This document shows, piece after piece, positions 1 through 12,336 of a DNA stretch of 64,000 nt. Each line of letters starts with the position of its first letter. Positions within the stretch are counted from its first letter, which is position 1. The stretch spans positions 2,294,001-2,358,000 of the forward strand of contig OX337230.1 in the NCBI GenBank assembly GCA_946965045.2, given 5' to 3'. The stretch is from Epithemia pelagica. Lineage: Eukaryota; Protista; Bacillariophyta. The notes under the pieces are model-generated. The model saw nothing but the letters and a program-made list of their open reading frames with translations, did not search any database and was not told the DNA's origin. The position numbers and the translations under genes were made by a program.

Positions 1-956
<956 letters not shown>

Positions 957-1214
957 GATCCATTGTATTGAATGGTTTGGGCGTCGGAGACTATTTCATG
1001 GGTTCTTTCTGATCAATACACACGCGCTGCGTCTGTTACCGTTTTCTCAGAGGTCCCGAGGAGGACTCCAATCACGTCGCCTCCTCCATTCGCGCGACTC
1101 ACAAAGTTGTGCATCTTACCGCTTTACTAAAGCAACTTGCCCGTCCGCAGTCTCCCCCACAACCGTTGTGTGCATTGCCGTTGTTTCTCCAACTTAACCA
1201 GAAATACATTAACA

Positions 1215-1853
1215 ATGGTGTCCAAGAAGCAGGTATGTCGATGACACCGGAGGTTGGAGCACGAACATGCTGCATACCTGAGATGGCAGTCATTGGCCTT
1301 TCCTACAAGCCAAACGTTGAACCACGAATCACGAACATGCAACACGTTGTTGGAACTTTGCCTTGATCATGGGCGTTTCGAACTCTGTTGAAGCAATGTC
1401 CGTGGAACCCCAACGATTTGGTCTGTCAGTGAAGAGAGGTTGGTGAACTGTTCATGTCGGGTTGGAAGGATGTCGTTGCGCCCCATTTCATGTGCAAACT
1501 CAGCTTTACTAATTTATTGTTTTCGTTTCACTTTACAGCAAAGACAACAAGATTCTATGAACAGTCGTATCAAGCTGGTCATGAAGTCCGGAAAGGCCAT
1601 TTTGGGATATAAGCAATGCCTCAAATCGTTGCGAAAAGGCAAGGCCAAGATGATTCTTATTGCATCCAATGCCCCACCTCTTCGTAAATCTGAATTGGAA
1701 TACATGGCAATGCTTGGACGAACAAATGTCCATCATTACTCTGGAGACAACACCGCACTCGGAACTGCTTGTGGAAAATTGTTCAACTGCTCCGTCTTGA
1801 CCATTATGGACGCCGGTGATTCAGATATTCTGACTGCCACCACTAAGGATTAA
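1215..1853 (+). CDS. RPL30: 60S ribosomal protein L30 (eL30), 2 exons
   Basis: Exon 1 1215-1232 (MVSKKQ), intron 1233-1538 (GTATGT..branch CTAAT..TACAG), exon 2 1539-1853 [37 protein letters not shown]...[29 protein letters not shown]. Confidence 0.95.
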
Positions 1854-2131
1854 ACGTACCTACCTAGACGACATTGGAATTTGGAATAATACTTCTCTGC
1901 TGAACTAAGTCATGACGCAAGATACTACGAAGAACTTAGACGCCATGGCTCGAATTTGGCTGTTTTATGACTTAGGAGCAACTTATCCACTTCGCTATCC
2001 CCCCAGTTGTTGAGCTAACCTAAAATTGTGTACAACACATATATAAACATACGGTACACGGTAGCCTCTGGTCGCATATCGTGGGTTTGTATCTTTTAAA
2101 ATCTTCTCTGGTGGACAGAAAACTTTGGAAC

Positions 2132-3235
2132 ATGACCATGAAAGAGTCATCTTGTGTTCGGTTTATTGCCACGACGATACTGATCGCTGGAGTCCTGTTC
2201 GCAGCAAATTTGACAAGTACCTCCCATCACTGGGAAAGTCGAATTTCTGTCGATATCCCGCAGAAGAAAGACAAACACTGGACTCCAAATCGGCATGATC
2301 AAGAGGACTCGCCGATCCCTTCTATTTCCATTGGATACGACATTCAAGGCAAAGAAGTAAACATGCCCGTTCTTGGAGCTGGGACTGGACATTACAATGA
2401 TTCGGTAGCCTATGACTCTGTGTGCAAGTCCTTCCAAGCCGGGTATACCATGGTGGATACAGCCCATGTCTACGGTAACCAGAAGGGCGTGGGGCAAGCT
2501 ATTCGTGACTGTTGGAAGGGTCCGCGATCGGAATTGTTTGTTTTGACCAAGATCCCTGGTGGATTAACGAGGGACGAGGTTTGGGCCACACACAAAGAAA
2601 ATATGAAAGAGCTGCAACTAGATTATGTGGACCATTTGTTGACACACTTTCCGGCCGATTGGCAAGTTTCCCCTGAACGGGCCTCACGGGAACGCCGTCA
2701 AGAGGAATGGATTGCTATGCAAGAAATTTACCTTACAGGTCAGGTTCGCTCGATTGGAGTCAGCCATTATTGTCCTAGACACTTGGATGATGTCCTCGAG
2801 GTATCGTCCATCGTGACGCCTTCCATCAATCAGGTTGAATATCATGTGGGATCGGGTGATGTCGACCATGTCATCGGACATTGCCATAAGCACAACATCA
2901 CTTTTATGAGTTTTTCGCCTCTTTGTGGTCCCTGCACCTATGACCCGAAAGATTCGTTGGTTTCGGGCAATCTGGTAACGGACATTGCATCCCGATATGA
3001 GAATGTTACAGGATCACAAGTTGCGCTCCGATTCATTGTGCAACAAGCGTTGGATTATAAAAAGGCCCCGAACGTACATCCAAAGATGGGAGGTGTGATA
3101 CCCAAGAGCAGCAAACTAGATCATATTGAATCAAACCGAGACATTTTTCACTTCTCGTTGTCGCCTGAAGACATGGCCCGATTGCGCTTGGCAACGAAAC
3201 CTGAGGCTAGAAACCAGGATTGCTCCGTACCTTAA
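2132..3235 (+). CDS. Aldo-keto reductase with N-terminal hydrophobic anchor/signal (copy 1)
   Basis: MPVLGAGT, DTAHVYGNQ (D,Y), LTKIP (K), DHLLTHFP (H), VRSIGVSHY, PSINQVEYH, VIPKS. N-terminal segment FIATTILIAGVLFAA is hydrophobic. No introns. Confidence 0.9.
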   Translation: MTMKESSCVRFIATTILIAGVLFAANLTSTSHHWESRISVDIPQKKDKHWTPNRHDQEDSPIPSISIGYDIQGKEVNMPVLGAGTGHYNDSVAYDSVCKSFQAGYTMVDTAHVYGNQKGVGQAIRDCWKGPRSELFVLTKIPGGLTRDEVWATHKENMKELQLDYVDHLLTHFPADWQVSPERASRERRQEEWIAMQEIYLTGQVRSIGVSHYCPRHLDDVLEVSSIVTPSINQVEYHVGSGDVDHVIGHCHKHNITFMSFSPLCGPCTYDPKDSLVSGNLVTDIASRYENVTGSQVALRFIVQQALDYKKAPNVHPKMGGVIPKSSKLDHIESNRDIFHFSLSPEDMARLRLATKPEARNQDCSVP

Positions 3236-3511
3236 GCCCACTTGTTAACGAAAGGTGTTCATGTGTCGTTTACACGAGTGGTGCGGATACTCCAACTGTC
3301 GTGTTACTCCTACTCATACCCATTTTATCATGTGCATAGCTTAGAATAGGAGATTAGGAAGGGTAGCTTGAGTAGCGCTCGCGGTTTTTTAAACCGTTGA
3401 GACAGAAATTTCCTGTTTCTTCCAGCAATTTTTTGGATGGAGTATCTTTTTCTCAACGAGAAACAAAGATCCTTTTCGAAAGGTCACTCTTTCCCTCTTC
3501 AGATAGTTAAG

Positions 3512-4617
3512 ATGATGATGAAGTCTTTCCTTTGTTCTTTGATCGCTCTGCTTTCATTCTCTGCGTGCTTCGCAGAAAGGTGAGGATTTGGTTCCACGAT
3601 AGGTTTATGCTCGATCACGTTCTGATTTCTCACGCCGAGTGGATGACCATGACCCCCGCACCTACCGCTCCCTATGACGTGTACCACCTTATTGTCCCTC
3701 TACATGGCCAGTGATCTCGAAAAGATCACTGCCAAGGTTTACTTTGATGTCGAAATTGCCGGAACCAATGACGGAGGACGAATTGTTCTCGGCTTGTTTG
3801 GTGACGCTGTACCCAAAACCGCCGAAAACTTTCGTGCGCTTTGCACAGGAGAAAAGGGCATGGGTCAAAAAGGCAAAGCTCTCCACTTCAAGGTGAGATA
3901 TCTTCTGTTGGAAAGTATATTGGATGGTTTTTGATATCATCTGACGATTGTTTTCTCCCTTTTCGGCATCAGGGCTCGATCTTCCATCGCATTATTCCAA
4001 ATTTTATGATTCAAGGTACGATGAATCTTTCCAAAGTGTGTCATTTACTGACTCCTTATGTCGATACTTTGTTTTTGTTTGCTTTGTGGCTTACCAAATA
4101 CATATGTCGTGCTTTGTCGTTCCATTCTAGGTGGTGATTTCACTGACTTCAATGGACGTGGTGGCGAGTCGATTTATGGTGATCGTTTTGAAGACGAGAA
4201 CTTTAAGCTCAAGCATGAAGGACCCTTTTATCTGAGCATGGCCAATGCTGGAGTAAGTTCATATTGGATTCCTCCTCGCGTTACACAAAGAATCTGTGAT
4301 GTTTGATCTAACAAAACATCTTCCTTTGTCGTTCATAGCCCAACACGAATGGTTCTCAATTCTTCATTACGACGATCAAGACAAGCTGGCTGTACGTTCT
4401 CTTCGCTCCTTGTGCCCTTTGCTGTTTTATCTCTGCTTTGAGTGGATCTCACAACTCTGTTTTTCATCTTGCCTCTGACAGTGATGGCAAACATGTGGTT
4501 TTCGGAAAAGTTTTGGAAGGTACTGACATCGTCAAGAATGTGGAAGCCGTGGGGTCGTCCTCAGGTTCTCCTAAAACGAAAGTCACTGTTGTCGACTCGG
4601 GTGAACTCGACCTCTAG
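3512..4617 (+). CDS. Cyclophilin-type peptidyl-prolyl isomerase with signal peptide (cyclophilin B-like), 6 exons
   Basis: Spliced product [36 protein letters not shown]...[17 protein letters not shown]...[21 protein letters not shown]...[34 protein letters not shown]...SGELDL*. Five GT-AG introns; stop at 4615-4617. Confidence 0.93.
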
Positions 4618-4763
4618 AAAGACATCGTTAGTTTCGAAATGGGTTCGACCAGTTGCATGACAAAAATCAATCAGCCTTGTCTACATTAGGTACTCCCTTA
4701 ATCGCGAGTAAAAAATCCATTATTCTCGGAACCACTTCCATAAGAGAACGGTAGCTGAAGAGG

Positions 4764-7310
4764 TCAGACCTGCCCTGATGGCTTTTTCTCTGTAACTGAA
4801 TCGCCGCCGTCGCCCGTGGCGTCAATATCTCCCACAATGTCCATAGGCCCATCGGTCGATTCCATCGAAGATGATAGTCTTGCAGCTGGCTTTGAGCTTT
4901 TCCGTTTTGACTGAGGCTTCTTAAGTTTTCGGCTGTTCGTTTTGCCTATGTTGCCGTCAAGGGAATGGCTTGCCGGCAGATCCATCCAGGGTACAGCCTT
5001 GGCTGCTTTCAAAACAAAGTCATTGTTCACGGAGAAGTTATAACCGTAATTGAACGTTAGTTCGGTTTGCGCCTCAATATCCTGTAGAGCAAAGAAACCG
5101 ATTCGATTATCACCGTTGACCGTGATAGTTCTTGGTGTTGTATTGGGTGTCGATGAATGATTTATATACCTCATCACGTTCCCTTTTCGATCAGCATCCA
5201 ACGCCACATCTGCCGTCAACATGAAGAGAGAGGAATGGTTCCGAATATCATACAGCTGCCCACGACGATCCGCTTCTTCTTGAGATATCATTTCACCCAC
5301 ATATTCTCCCAAGAATTCCCCCTTGACCAAGTCTCGTTTGGCAAAGCATCCCCACCCCGCATTGGGAATCTCCGAATGACCAATGACAACTTCTGTGCCT
5401 CGATGCATCGTAAGATTATCGTTGCGGCAACGTTGTTGCGTCGCAGGTCGTCCTGGAGGGTCGGTGCATGCGTCGCACCCACAAATATCGGGACTGCATT
5501 CCCGAGAATTCGCAAAACAAGAGCAAGAAGACGTGGTGCAACTCCCCCGACAATCACAACCCCGAAAAAAGTTCTTGCTTCTCGTACCCCAAGCACATGC
5601 ATCAGTACAAAATACACCACGGTCCACACAGTAACAAATACCTTCTCGACATGGTTCATCGTGAACACAGGGTTCAAATGAAGGCCGTAAACCGCTCTTA
5701 ACAATGCGGCTGTACCAATGTTGATTGTAGTTTCGCAAGGAATGGTAAGGATTCACCTCTGGTTTGATTGGAGGCACCAGTCGGAGTTCTGGTTCCGTCC
5801 ATTCTTGTTCGTCGACAAACTGCTTGACTGCCTTTGGGTTTGCCCTCATTGCAGTTGCCATTTCACCAATATTTCCTTCAAAAATTAAAAAGAATCGCCT
5901 GCATATTCTCTTCTGAAAATCCGTCAGTGTTTCTTTGTTGTCGCCTGGTGTGACCTCCTGATCGGGTTCTTGCTGCTCACTAGAATGATTGCTATCATCA
6001 GGCGACGACTCCTCCGAGGTGACGCTTGTTCTCTGTCGCATTTTTCGGTCCCTCTCTGCCGTGATTCCAAGCTCATACGAAAGCTGGAGGCTGGGTTTCT
6101 CATAGAGTCCATGGACATTGCAATCGTATATTTTGCATCTGTTGCAGTAAAGCTTTCGATATGAATCAACGAGCTGTAGATATTCTGGGTCATCTTCTGC
6201 CAAAATATTCAGGGGCTTTGGCAATTGGTCCGGAGCCTCGATAACAGGCTGGCAAAACACACCCTTGTAAGGCGGAGGGGAAACTGCTGTTCCACTCTTT
6301 CGTGACTGTGAGTTTATGCTGTTCTTTCGGCGGGGAGATGGGGAGTTCAAGTTATCACCTGATTGAATATTCCCTTCGTTCTTTCGACGCGAAGGACTCT
6401 GAGGTGATGAATTTGTGTTGGCATGTTGCCCTTCCGAGGCCATCGTTTTCCCTTCGCTGTCCCCTGATCTAGAGACATCTCGAGGCATGTCTTTATGAGT
6501 GTCCTCCTTTACTTCCTCATATATTTCCTTGATACGATCTTCGACAACAAGTGCCAACTTTGCCAATTCTGTAACTAAGCAGTCAGCTACAAGTTCTTGG
6601 TTTATTGTTCCCTGAAGCACTTCTTCTTGATACACCTTGTTGTTTAGGCAGCGTCTTATAGTCTCGGCAATGTCGTCATTGGTTTCTTTGACATGGTACG
6701 GTGGACCGTCGGCGATTGCCTTTTCTCTTGCTCCAACATCAAACATAGCAAAGTACTCTTCCATTGGCGTTGTCGAAGAGTCCCCCTTTGGCTTCATAGA
6801 TTCCTCAGAGTCCGCAAACGCGGAGGGTACAAATGCTAATTCTCGACTGTCACTCACAGGATAAGATTCTTTCAAAAGCAAACGTCCGGTATGTGGAGGC
6901 ACAGGTTCAGGAGCCCCCACCAATTGAACTCGTTGTACTTTGGGAGGTTTCTTGGAATAATCTTGTGATGTTGAGCGAGCAGTGTTGCTTACGGCTGGGA
7001 TCGTGGGCAGTAACGTTTGTCTCTGAAAATAGTTGCTCTTGCCAAGGTTCGGCATCGATCCGTTTATGGCTGAGTCCACTCGACGCTCAAGGTTTTGCGC
7101 TATATAGTCGAATTCATCATCCTCTCGCTTTCGTCGCACTTTTCTCCACAGAGAATGAACAATCTTGGAGAATCTTACGATTTGATCTCCATGAAATGGG
7201 TTTTCAGCCGAAGACATGATAACAAGCCCTGAAACGTTGCGAAAAAGTTGATAATCGAACGTGTGATTTGAAATGGGAAGTGGCCTTTCCCCCACTGATT
7301 CATGCAACAA
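4764..7310 (-). CDS. EZH: Enhancer of zeste (EZH/E(z)) H3K27 methyltransferase, PRC2 catalytic subunit
   Basis: YCNRCKIYDCNVH motif and Cys-rich CXC domain (CVHDEPC..CYC..FCTDACAW..FFRGCDCRGSCTTSSCSCFANSRECSPDIC). SET domain GWGCF..EFLGEYVGEMISQEEADRRG..DADRKGNVMRYINHS..ELTFNYGY. Alternative start ATG at 7217. Confidence 0.92.
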   Translation of the reverse strand: MLHESVGERPLPISNHTFDYQLFRNVSGLVIMSSAENPFHGDQIVRFSKIVHSLWRKVRRKREDDEFDYIAQNLERRVDSAINGSMPNLGKSNYFQRQTLLPTIPAVSNTARSTSQDYSKKPPKVQRVQLVGAPEPVPPHTGRLLLKESYPVSDSRELAFVPSAFADSEESMKPKGDSSTTPMEEYFAMFDVGAREKAIADGPPYHVKETNDDIAETIRRCLNNKVYQEEVLQGTINQELVADCLVTELAKLALVVEDRIKEIYEEVKEDTHKDMPRDVSRSGDSEGKTMASEGQHANTNSSPQSPSRRKNEGNIQSGDNLNSPSPRRKNSINSQSRKSGTAVSPPPYKGVFCQPVIEAPDQLPKPLNILAEDDPEYLQLVDSYRKLYCNRCKIYDCNVHGLYEKPSLQLSYELGITAERDRKMRQRTSVTSEESSPDDSNHSSEQQEPDQEVTPGDNKETLTDFQKRICRRFFLIFEGNIGEMATAMRANPKAVKQFVDEQEWTEPELRLVPPIKPEVNPYHSLRNYNQHWYSRIVKSGLRPSFEPCVHDEPCREGICYCVDRGVFCTDACAWGTRSKNFFRGCDCRGSCTTSSCSCFANSRECSPDICGCDACTDPPGRPATQQRCRNDNLTMHRGTEVVIGHSEIPNAGWGCFAKRDLVKGEFLGEYVGEMISQEEADRRGQLYDIRNHSSLFMLTADVALDADRKGNVMRYINHSSTPNTTPRTITVNGDNRIGFFALQDIEAQTELTFNYGYNFSVNNDFVLKAAKAVPWMDLPASHSLDGNIGKTNSRKLKKPQSKRKSSKPAARLSSSMESTDGPMDIVGDIDATGDGGDSVTEKKPSGQV

Positions 7311-8448
7311 CGACGAATGATGATTGATCCTGTAATTAACGCTACAGGATCATCCCTTGGGAAGGCTGCTCGTTCGTTGTTACACCTGATTTTTGTTGGC
7401 CGTCCTAGACCTGTCCATGGTCGTCGTGTGTGGGATGGAAGTTTTAGGCCTTGGTTTTTTGCGGACGCTTCTCGGTCGCTTTACAACCCGTCGGGAAAAG
7501 CGGATTCGAAATCATTGGAATGAACCAACGGTACTCAAAAATGTCGCACTATGACTGGGTTCTCTCAAAATATCCCAGATGTCTGTTCGAAAGAAATGGA
7601 ATTCGGGGCGCACCCCACATTCTATTACAACCCAGTGGTAAAAGGTAGCGATAGAGAGCATCAATCAATAATAAATAATAGCAATGAATTTGTCATTGAA
7701 ACTAGAACATCTCGGGAGTTGAAAAGAGGTGAGTCAACCCAGACAACGGGTCAACAAGCTGCGTTCTTTCATCCCCTCCCCTCGTTCTACAATAACATAT
7801 CCCCAATTGTATTATTGCGATCCGCAAACAACACTTGGGGAAAATCCATCAATACGGTTCCATTCGACGCTGCTCTCAAGTGAAGAAGCATTGGCTACAG
7901 GTGCGTAGGTCTCTCTATGGTGACCATGATGAACTGGAGTGGAGCCTCGGTTGGTGTTTATGCAGTGCAGGAGAACGTTTTGACTTGACATATCCAGAGA
8001 GGGGGTATCACCGTTGCGAAGTAGGAGAAAAGAGGGAGGGAGCAACCGAAATTCCTTTTTGGGGGTTTTACTGTTGTCAAAACAGTACGGAGTGGAATTT
8101 GGCAGCTTGTTCTCATGTCCCAAACAATGGATGGAACTTCCATCTGCACTTTAGGCAGAGGTTGTTACGGATTGTTGAACTCGTTCTGGCTCTCGATCCT
8201 TGTCCTTTCCTCGTCTTACACAAGATTTCTTGGCTTTGCTGTTGTGTTTCGGTTCATACGCTGTCGCTTGACTTGCAACAGAAGCTTTCTTCCTCGTGCG
8301 CGGTTTGATTTCATTCAAGGGATATCGCCACCAAAGATACGAAAGCATTGGCCACTCGATCCAATTCGAACACCAGTCACAGACGACAACGACAACAACA
8401 ATCTGCTAACAACAATCGATTTCATTATTTATAGACAATATAGAAAAA

Positions 8449-11400
8449 ATGTCGAACTCTTCCTTGAGACCGGCGTGGCGCAATCAAAGTGGAGGGAGAG
8501 GCTTTCAACCTCCTCCATCAGTTGCATCGGAACAACAACCCCAGCGAGGAGGACGATCACAATCCATTGGTTCAGCTGGGGAAGCAGCTGAAACCAACAA
8601 TAACAATAGCAGATCCAGCTTTAACAAATTTTCAGCCTTGGATGATGACGAGGACGGAATCGAAGCGGGGGATTCACGACCACAACAACCATCTGGCCAT
8701 CACCATAACCATCATCACCACCCGTCATCCAACCGAGGAGGAGGAGGAGGAGGAAACTCGCGGAGTGAAGCTCTACGACATGGCCTAGGGTCACGTGGAG
8801 GAGGTGGCGGTGGTGGGGGATCGAAACCAGGAGGAAGATCCTTGGCAGATCTAGCGGCGCAGACACCCGGTCGATATGCACCAGGTTCCTCGCGGCACGG
8901 CTCTGGGGAAGAAAGCAAAACCATTCGATTCACGAGAGAAAAACTGCTTTCCATGCGACCTGCACCTAGTGCTGAACTCCCAGAAGTTTTGCGACCACTG
9001 GAAGGCAATGCTATTTTGTCGGAAGAGGCTCAAGATCCAGTTTGCTGGGACAATTTTAATGCGGAAGAAATTTGGGCCGCGGTCCCCGCCAGAAGACCCA
9101 GTAAAGCGGTTCCAGGTGGCCGGAGTCTATCGGAAATGGCAGAAAGTACTGTCGCAGTTAGTGGTCCTCCTCGTGGGAGGAGAGAAGGGGCTTCTGGTTC
9201 GGGGCGGTGGCAACGCGGCGTGGCGCTCCCCCCACCCTCTGCGGTGGGCAACGATGGTGGCAAAAGTCGTCGAGACCGAGATATCAACACGGAAAATCCG
9301 AACGATTTGTGGGATGACCCTGTTTCAGGGGGTGCCGCCGGAGACTTCTCCGCATTTGGAGATACCAAAGACGACGGTGAGGATAACTTGGTGGCCTTTG
9401 ACTTTGAGAAAATGACGCAAGCCTCTCAAATATTGGAAGAAGAACTTCATGGTACATCCAATCGATCTCGAGCTTCGTCCGAAGGTGCGTCTGTGGGCTC
9501 GCACGGCAGTGGTGGTAACAACAACGGTGGAACTACCATTCCTGCCGTTTCGGCAGTGGTCAACCGATCGGTGGATTCGCATCGCCCCTTGGCATCGTCG
9601 GGCACCACAATTCGGTCTGGTTCAGGCGATCATGTAAATGTGTTTGAAGACTTTGATGAGCCAATGTCCTCCGATAGCACTCCAACGGCGGTGGATCCTT
9701 TGGCGAACGACGGAAACAGCGATGGCAAGGATCAACCCTCTGAATTGAAAACCGAAGGTTCATCTTCTGTCATCAATAAGAACCACACCATCCCAGCTGT
9801 ATCAGAAGATGTCGATGCTACTTCGCGTCTTATGGCCATGATTGGAGTTTCGAATCCCCCGTCTGCACCACCAGAACAGTCCCAATCGGTTGCTTCGACC
9901 GAACCAGAGGCTGCAACCAGTGTAGACCAACTCGGTGGTGGTGAACCGCAGTCGTCTCAACCAGTGTCTACGCCGTGGGGATTGATGCCCGGATCGCATC
10001 AGACCGGTGACAAGCCTCTCGACGGCCTTTCGATACCATTGAATCCATGGGGTGGAGGAGCGCTTCTTCAACCGTCCACTGGAACGGATTTGATGCGTCA
10101 TCACCAAGGAGGTCCTTCGTTGCTTCAACCGGAACCGTCTGCGCCCAACGAGCTCAAAGGCTTGGACCTACAGGCGCGTCTACGAGAAGCAGACCTCGAA
10201 CAGAAAGCACGAGAACAACGAGAAGAACTTGCTCGGCAACAAGAGCGACGGAGACAGGAAGAGTTGGAGGCCCAGAAACGGGCAGCGGAAATGCAACAGC
10301 AACAAGCTGTGGCGGCACGTCAGCAGCAGCAACAACAACAACAGGCAGGAGTTCAATCGCAAGTAGAACTTGTGCTCATGGAACGCATTTCGATCATTTT
10401 GGAGAACTCATGGGGCCGTTCGGACCTCATGTCCATTCTCGCAACCCTGCATGCTGAAGACTCTCGAGTGATTCCTCTCCTCAACTCGATTGAAGCTCTC
10501 CGTGCGTTGATTGCCCGAAATTCCTCTCGTGTGGCGTTGCGCCATGACCCAGCGTTTGGAGCCGAGATGGCTGTGTTGCTGGTCACCAATTCTCAATGGC
10601 AACAGCAGCAACAAGAAGCGGTTGACCGAGCACGGCGTCAAGAAGAAGAAATGCGTAGACGAGAACATGAACAACGACAGATGGAAGAAGAACAGAAACA
10701 ACAGACGGCTTCTGAAGCACTGCGACAAAAACAGACTCAAGAAACCTTACCTGTTATTGTTCCTGGAGCTCCTTGGTACTATTCAGATCCTCAACAAAAC
10801 ATTCAAGGGCCTTTTCGGGGTGAAGAAATGCGGCAGTGGTACGATGCAGGCTATTTTAAAGGTGACCTACCAGTTAGCCAAGATGCAGGGGGACCATTCA
10901 GACTGTTGTCGGAACTTTACCCCAATCTTGATCTTGCATTTATAGCACCAGGGAATCAAGAGCAATCGAACAAAGAGACCCAGCAGCAGCAAGAGGAAGA
11001 GGCAGCTGCGGCGGCCGCAGAAGAAGAGGCACGTCGTAAGGCCAAGCAAAAGGAGATTGAAGAAGAGGCAGAGGCCACGCGAGCTCGTGAAGCCGTAGAA
11101 GCTCAAGAACGCGAACGAGTAGCTCAGGAAGAGGCCGCTGCCAAGGAAAAGAAAGCACGGGAAGCGGCAGAGTCTGCGGAACGAGAGAGAAGGGCCGCAT
11201 CGGAGGCTCAGCGCCAAAAGCAAAGTTCGAACCAGGCCCACACCACAGATGACGCCCGTGATCCAGCGGACGGAGGAAACGAATCTTCTGCCCAATTGAA
11301 AATGATGCTAGGCTTACCCGCCCAAAAACAGCAGCAGCTACAACAAGAAGGAAATGATTCAAGACACCGCGAACAGCAACAAGCGGCCGCGCCCAAGCGA

Positions 11401-12243
11401 GTTCAAACCAAGGCTAATAACAAGAAAACGACTTCCCCGCCTGTCAAAGCTACCCAGCAAACACCATCGACGGCGCCAGTACCTGTGCAGCAAACGAATG
11501 TCCAACCGAGCACTGCTCCAAGTGCACCAAAACCAGCTACATCCGCATGGGGTGTTTCCTCAAACCCGAAACAGGTTTCACGAAAGAGCATGTCGGAAAT
11601 TCAACAAGAAGAAGCTCGACTGGCGGCCCTTCAAGCAATGCAACGTGAACGTTCTGGGTTTTCAGGTGCCGGCAGTGGCTGGGCCAATGTGGCTTCCAAA
11701 GCTACGACGGGTGGGCCAACTGGCGGGTGGTCTGGTTCAGCTGCTGCTAAGTTGTCGCCTGCTGTAGTTGTCGCAAACAAAGAGTCAATGATGGCTAACA
11801 ACAACATGCCCAAACCCACTCAGGTTCTTCGAAAGCAAGCGGCACCTGTCTCGACGTCCAGAGCACAGATTGCTAATGTTGCTGCCATTAATGCTGCATC
11901 CGCGAAACAAAACCATCACACGACTACTGCCCCATCCACCAGCACAGATGATTTTGGGGCAAAAATGTCACCCGCGCTAGAGAAATGGTGCAAAGAGCAG
12001 ATGATGAAGTTGAATGGCACGGACGATCTGACCCTTGTTTCCTTTTGTATGACCTTGAATGACCCCAATGAAATCCGGCAATATCTTATCACCTACTTGG
12101 GATCATCCCCTCAAGTGAACAATTTTGCAAATGAATTTATTCATCGCAAAGTGGGTGGCAAACCGGCAAAAGCCGAAGAATGGGAAACCACAGTGAGCAA
12201 CAAGAAAAAAGGAAAGAAAAAAACCACCACCGGAGGTCGCTAA
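8449..12243 (+). CDS. GYF-domain protein, GIGYF/PERQ-like
   Basis: GYF domain WYYSDPQQNIQGPFRGEEMRQWYDAGYFKGDLPV. N-terminal IRFTREKLLSMR resembles the 4EHP-binding motif. Q/E-rich coiled coils; C-terminal CKEQMMKL...EIRQYLITYLG..FANEFI segment typical of the family. Confidence 0.85.
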   Translation: MSNSSLRPAWRNQSGGRGFQPPPSVASEQQPQRGGRSQSIGSAGEAAETNNNNSRSSFNKFSALDDDEDGIEAGDSRPQQPSGHHHNHHHHPSSNRGGGGGGNSRSEALRHGLGSRGGGGGGGGSKPGGRSLADLAAQTPGRYAPGSSRHGSGEESKTIRFTREKLLSMRPAPSAELPEVLRPLEGNAILSEEAQDPVCWDNFNAEEIWAAVPARRPSKAVPGGRSLSEMAESTVAVSGPPRGRREGASGSGRWQRGVALPPPSAVGNDGGKSRRDRDINTENPNDLWDDPVSGGAAGDFSAFGDTKDDGEDNLVAFDFEKMTQASQILEEELHGTSNRSRASSEGASVGSHGSGGNNNGGTTIPAVSAVVNRSVDSHRPLASSGTTIRSGSGDHVNVFEDFDEPMSSDSTPTAVDPLANDGNSDGKDQPSELKTEGSSSVINKNHTIPAVSEDVDATSRLMAMIGVSNPPSAPPEQSQSVASTEPEAATSVDQLGGGEPQSSQPVSTPWGLMPGSHQTGDKPLDGLSIPLNPWGGGALLQPSTGTDLMRHHQGGPSLLQPEPSAPNELKGLDLQARLREADLEQKAREQREELARQQERRRQEELEAQKRAAEMQQQQAVAARQQQQQQQQAGVQSQVELVLMERISIILENSWGRSDLMSILATLHAEDSRVIPLLNSIEALRALIARNSSRVALRHDPAFGAEMAVLLVTNSQWQQQQQEAVDRARRQEEEMRRREHEQRQMEEEQKQQTASEALRQKQTQETLPVIVPGAPWYYSDPQQNIQGPFRGEEMRQWYDAGYFKGDLPVSQDAGGPFRLLSELYPNLDLAFIAPGNQEQSNKETQQQQEEEAAAAAAEEEARRKAKQKEIEEEAEATRAREAVEAQERERVAQEEAAAKEKKAREAAESAERERRAASEAQRQKQSSNQAHTTDDARDPADGGNESSAQLKMMLGLPAQKQQQLQQEGNDSRHREQQQAAAPKRVQTKANNKKTTSPPVKATQQTPSTAPVPVQQTNVQPSTAPSAPKPATSAWGVSSNPKQVSRKSMSEIQQEEARLAALQAMQRERSGFSGAGSGWANVASKATTGGPTGGWSGSAAAKLSPAVVVANKESMMANNNMPKPTQVLRKQAAPVSTSRAQIANVAAINAASAKQNHHTTTAPSTSTDDFGAKMSPALEKWCKEQMMKLNGTDDLTLVSFCMTLNDPNEIRQYLITYLGSSPQVNNFANEFIHRKVGGKPAKAEEWETTVSNKKKGKKKTTTGGR

Positions 12244-12336
12244 CGGAGACCATGAAAAGTCAAATGAGATAACATGAGTGCAGTCACCATTGCTAATTTA
12301 GCTGGTTTGTCTTAAGTCCATTTAACTCAACTACGA

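Noticed and set aside
4764-7310. Functional link between EZH and the nearby TE nest
   Set aside because: PRC2 acts in trans and the gene is over 20 kb away among housekeeping genes; nothing in the sequence supports a local link.
7451-8400. Short ORFs between EZH and the GYF gene
   Set aside because: No family motifs or convincing exon structure.
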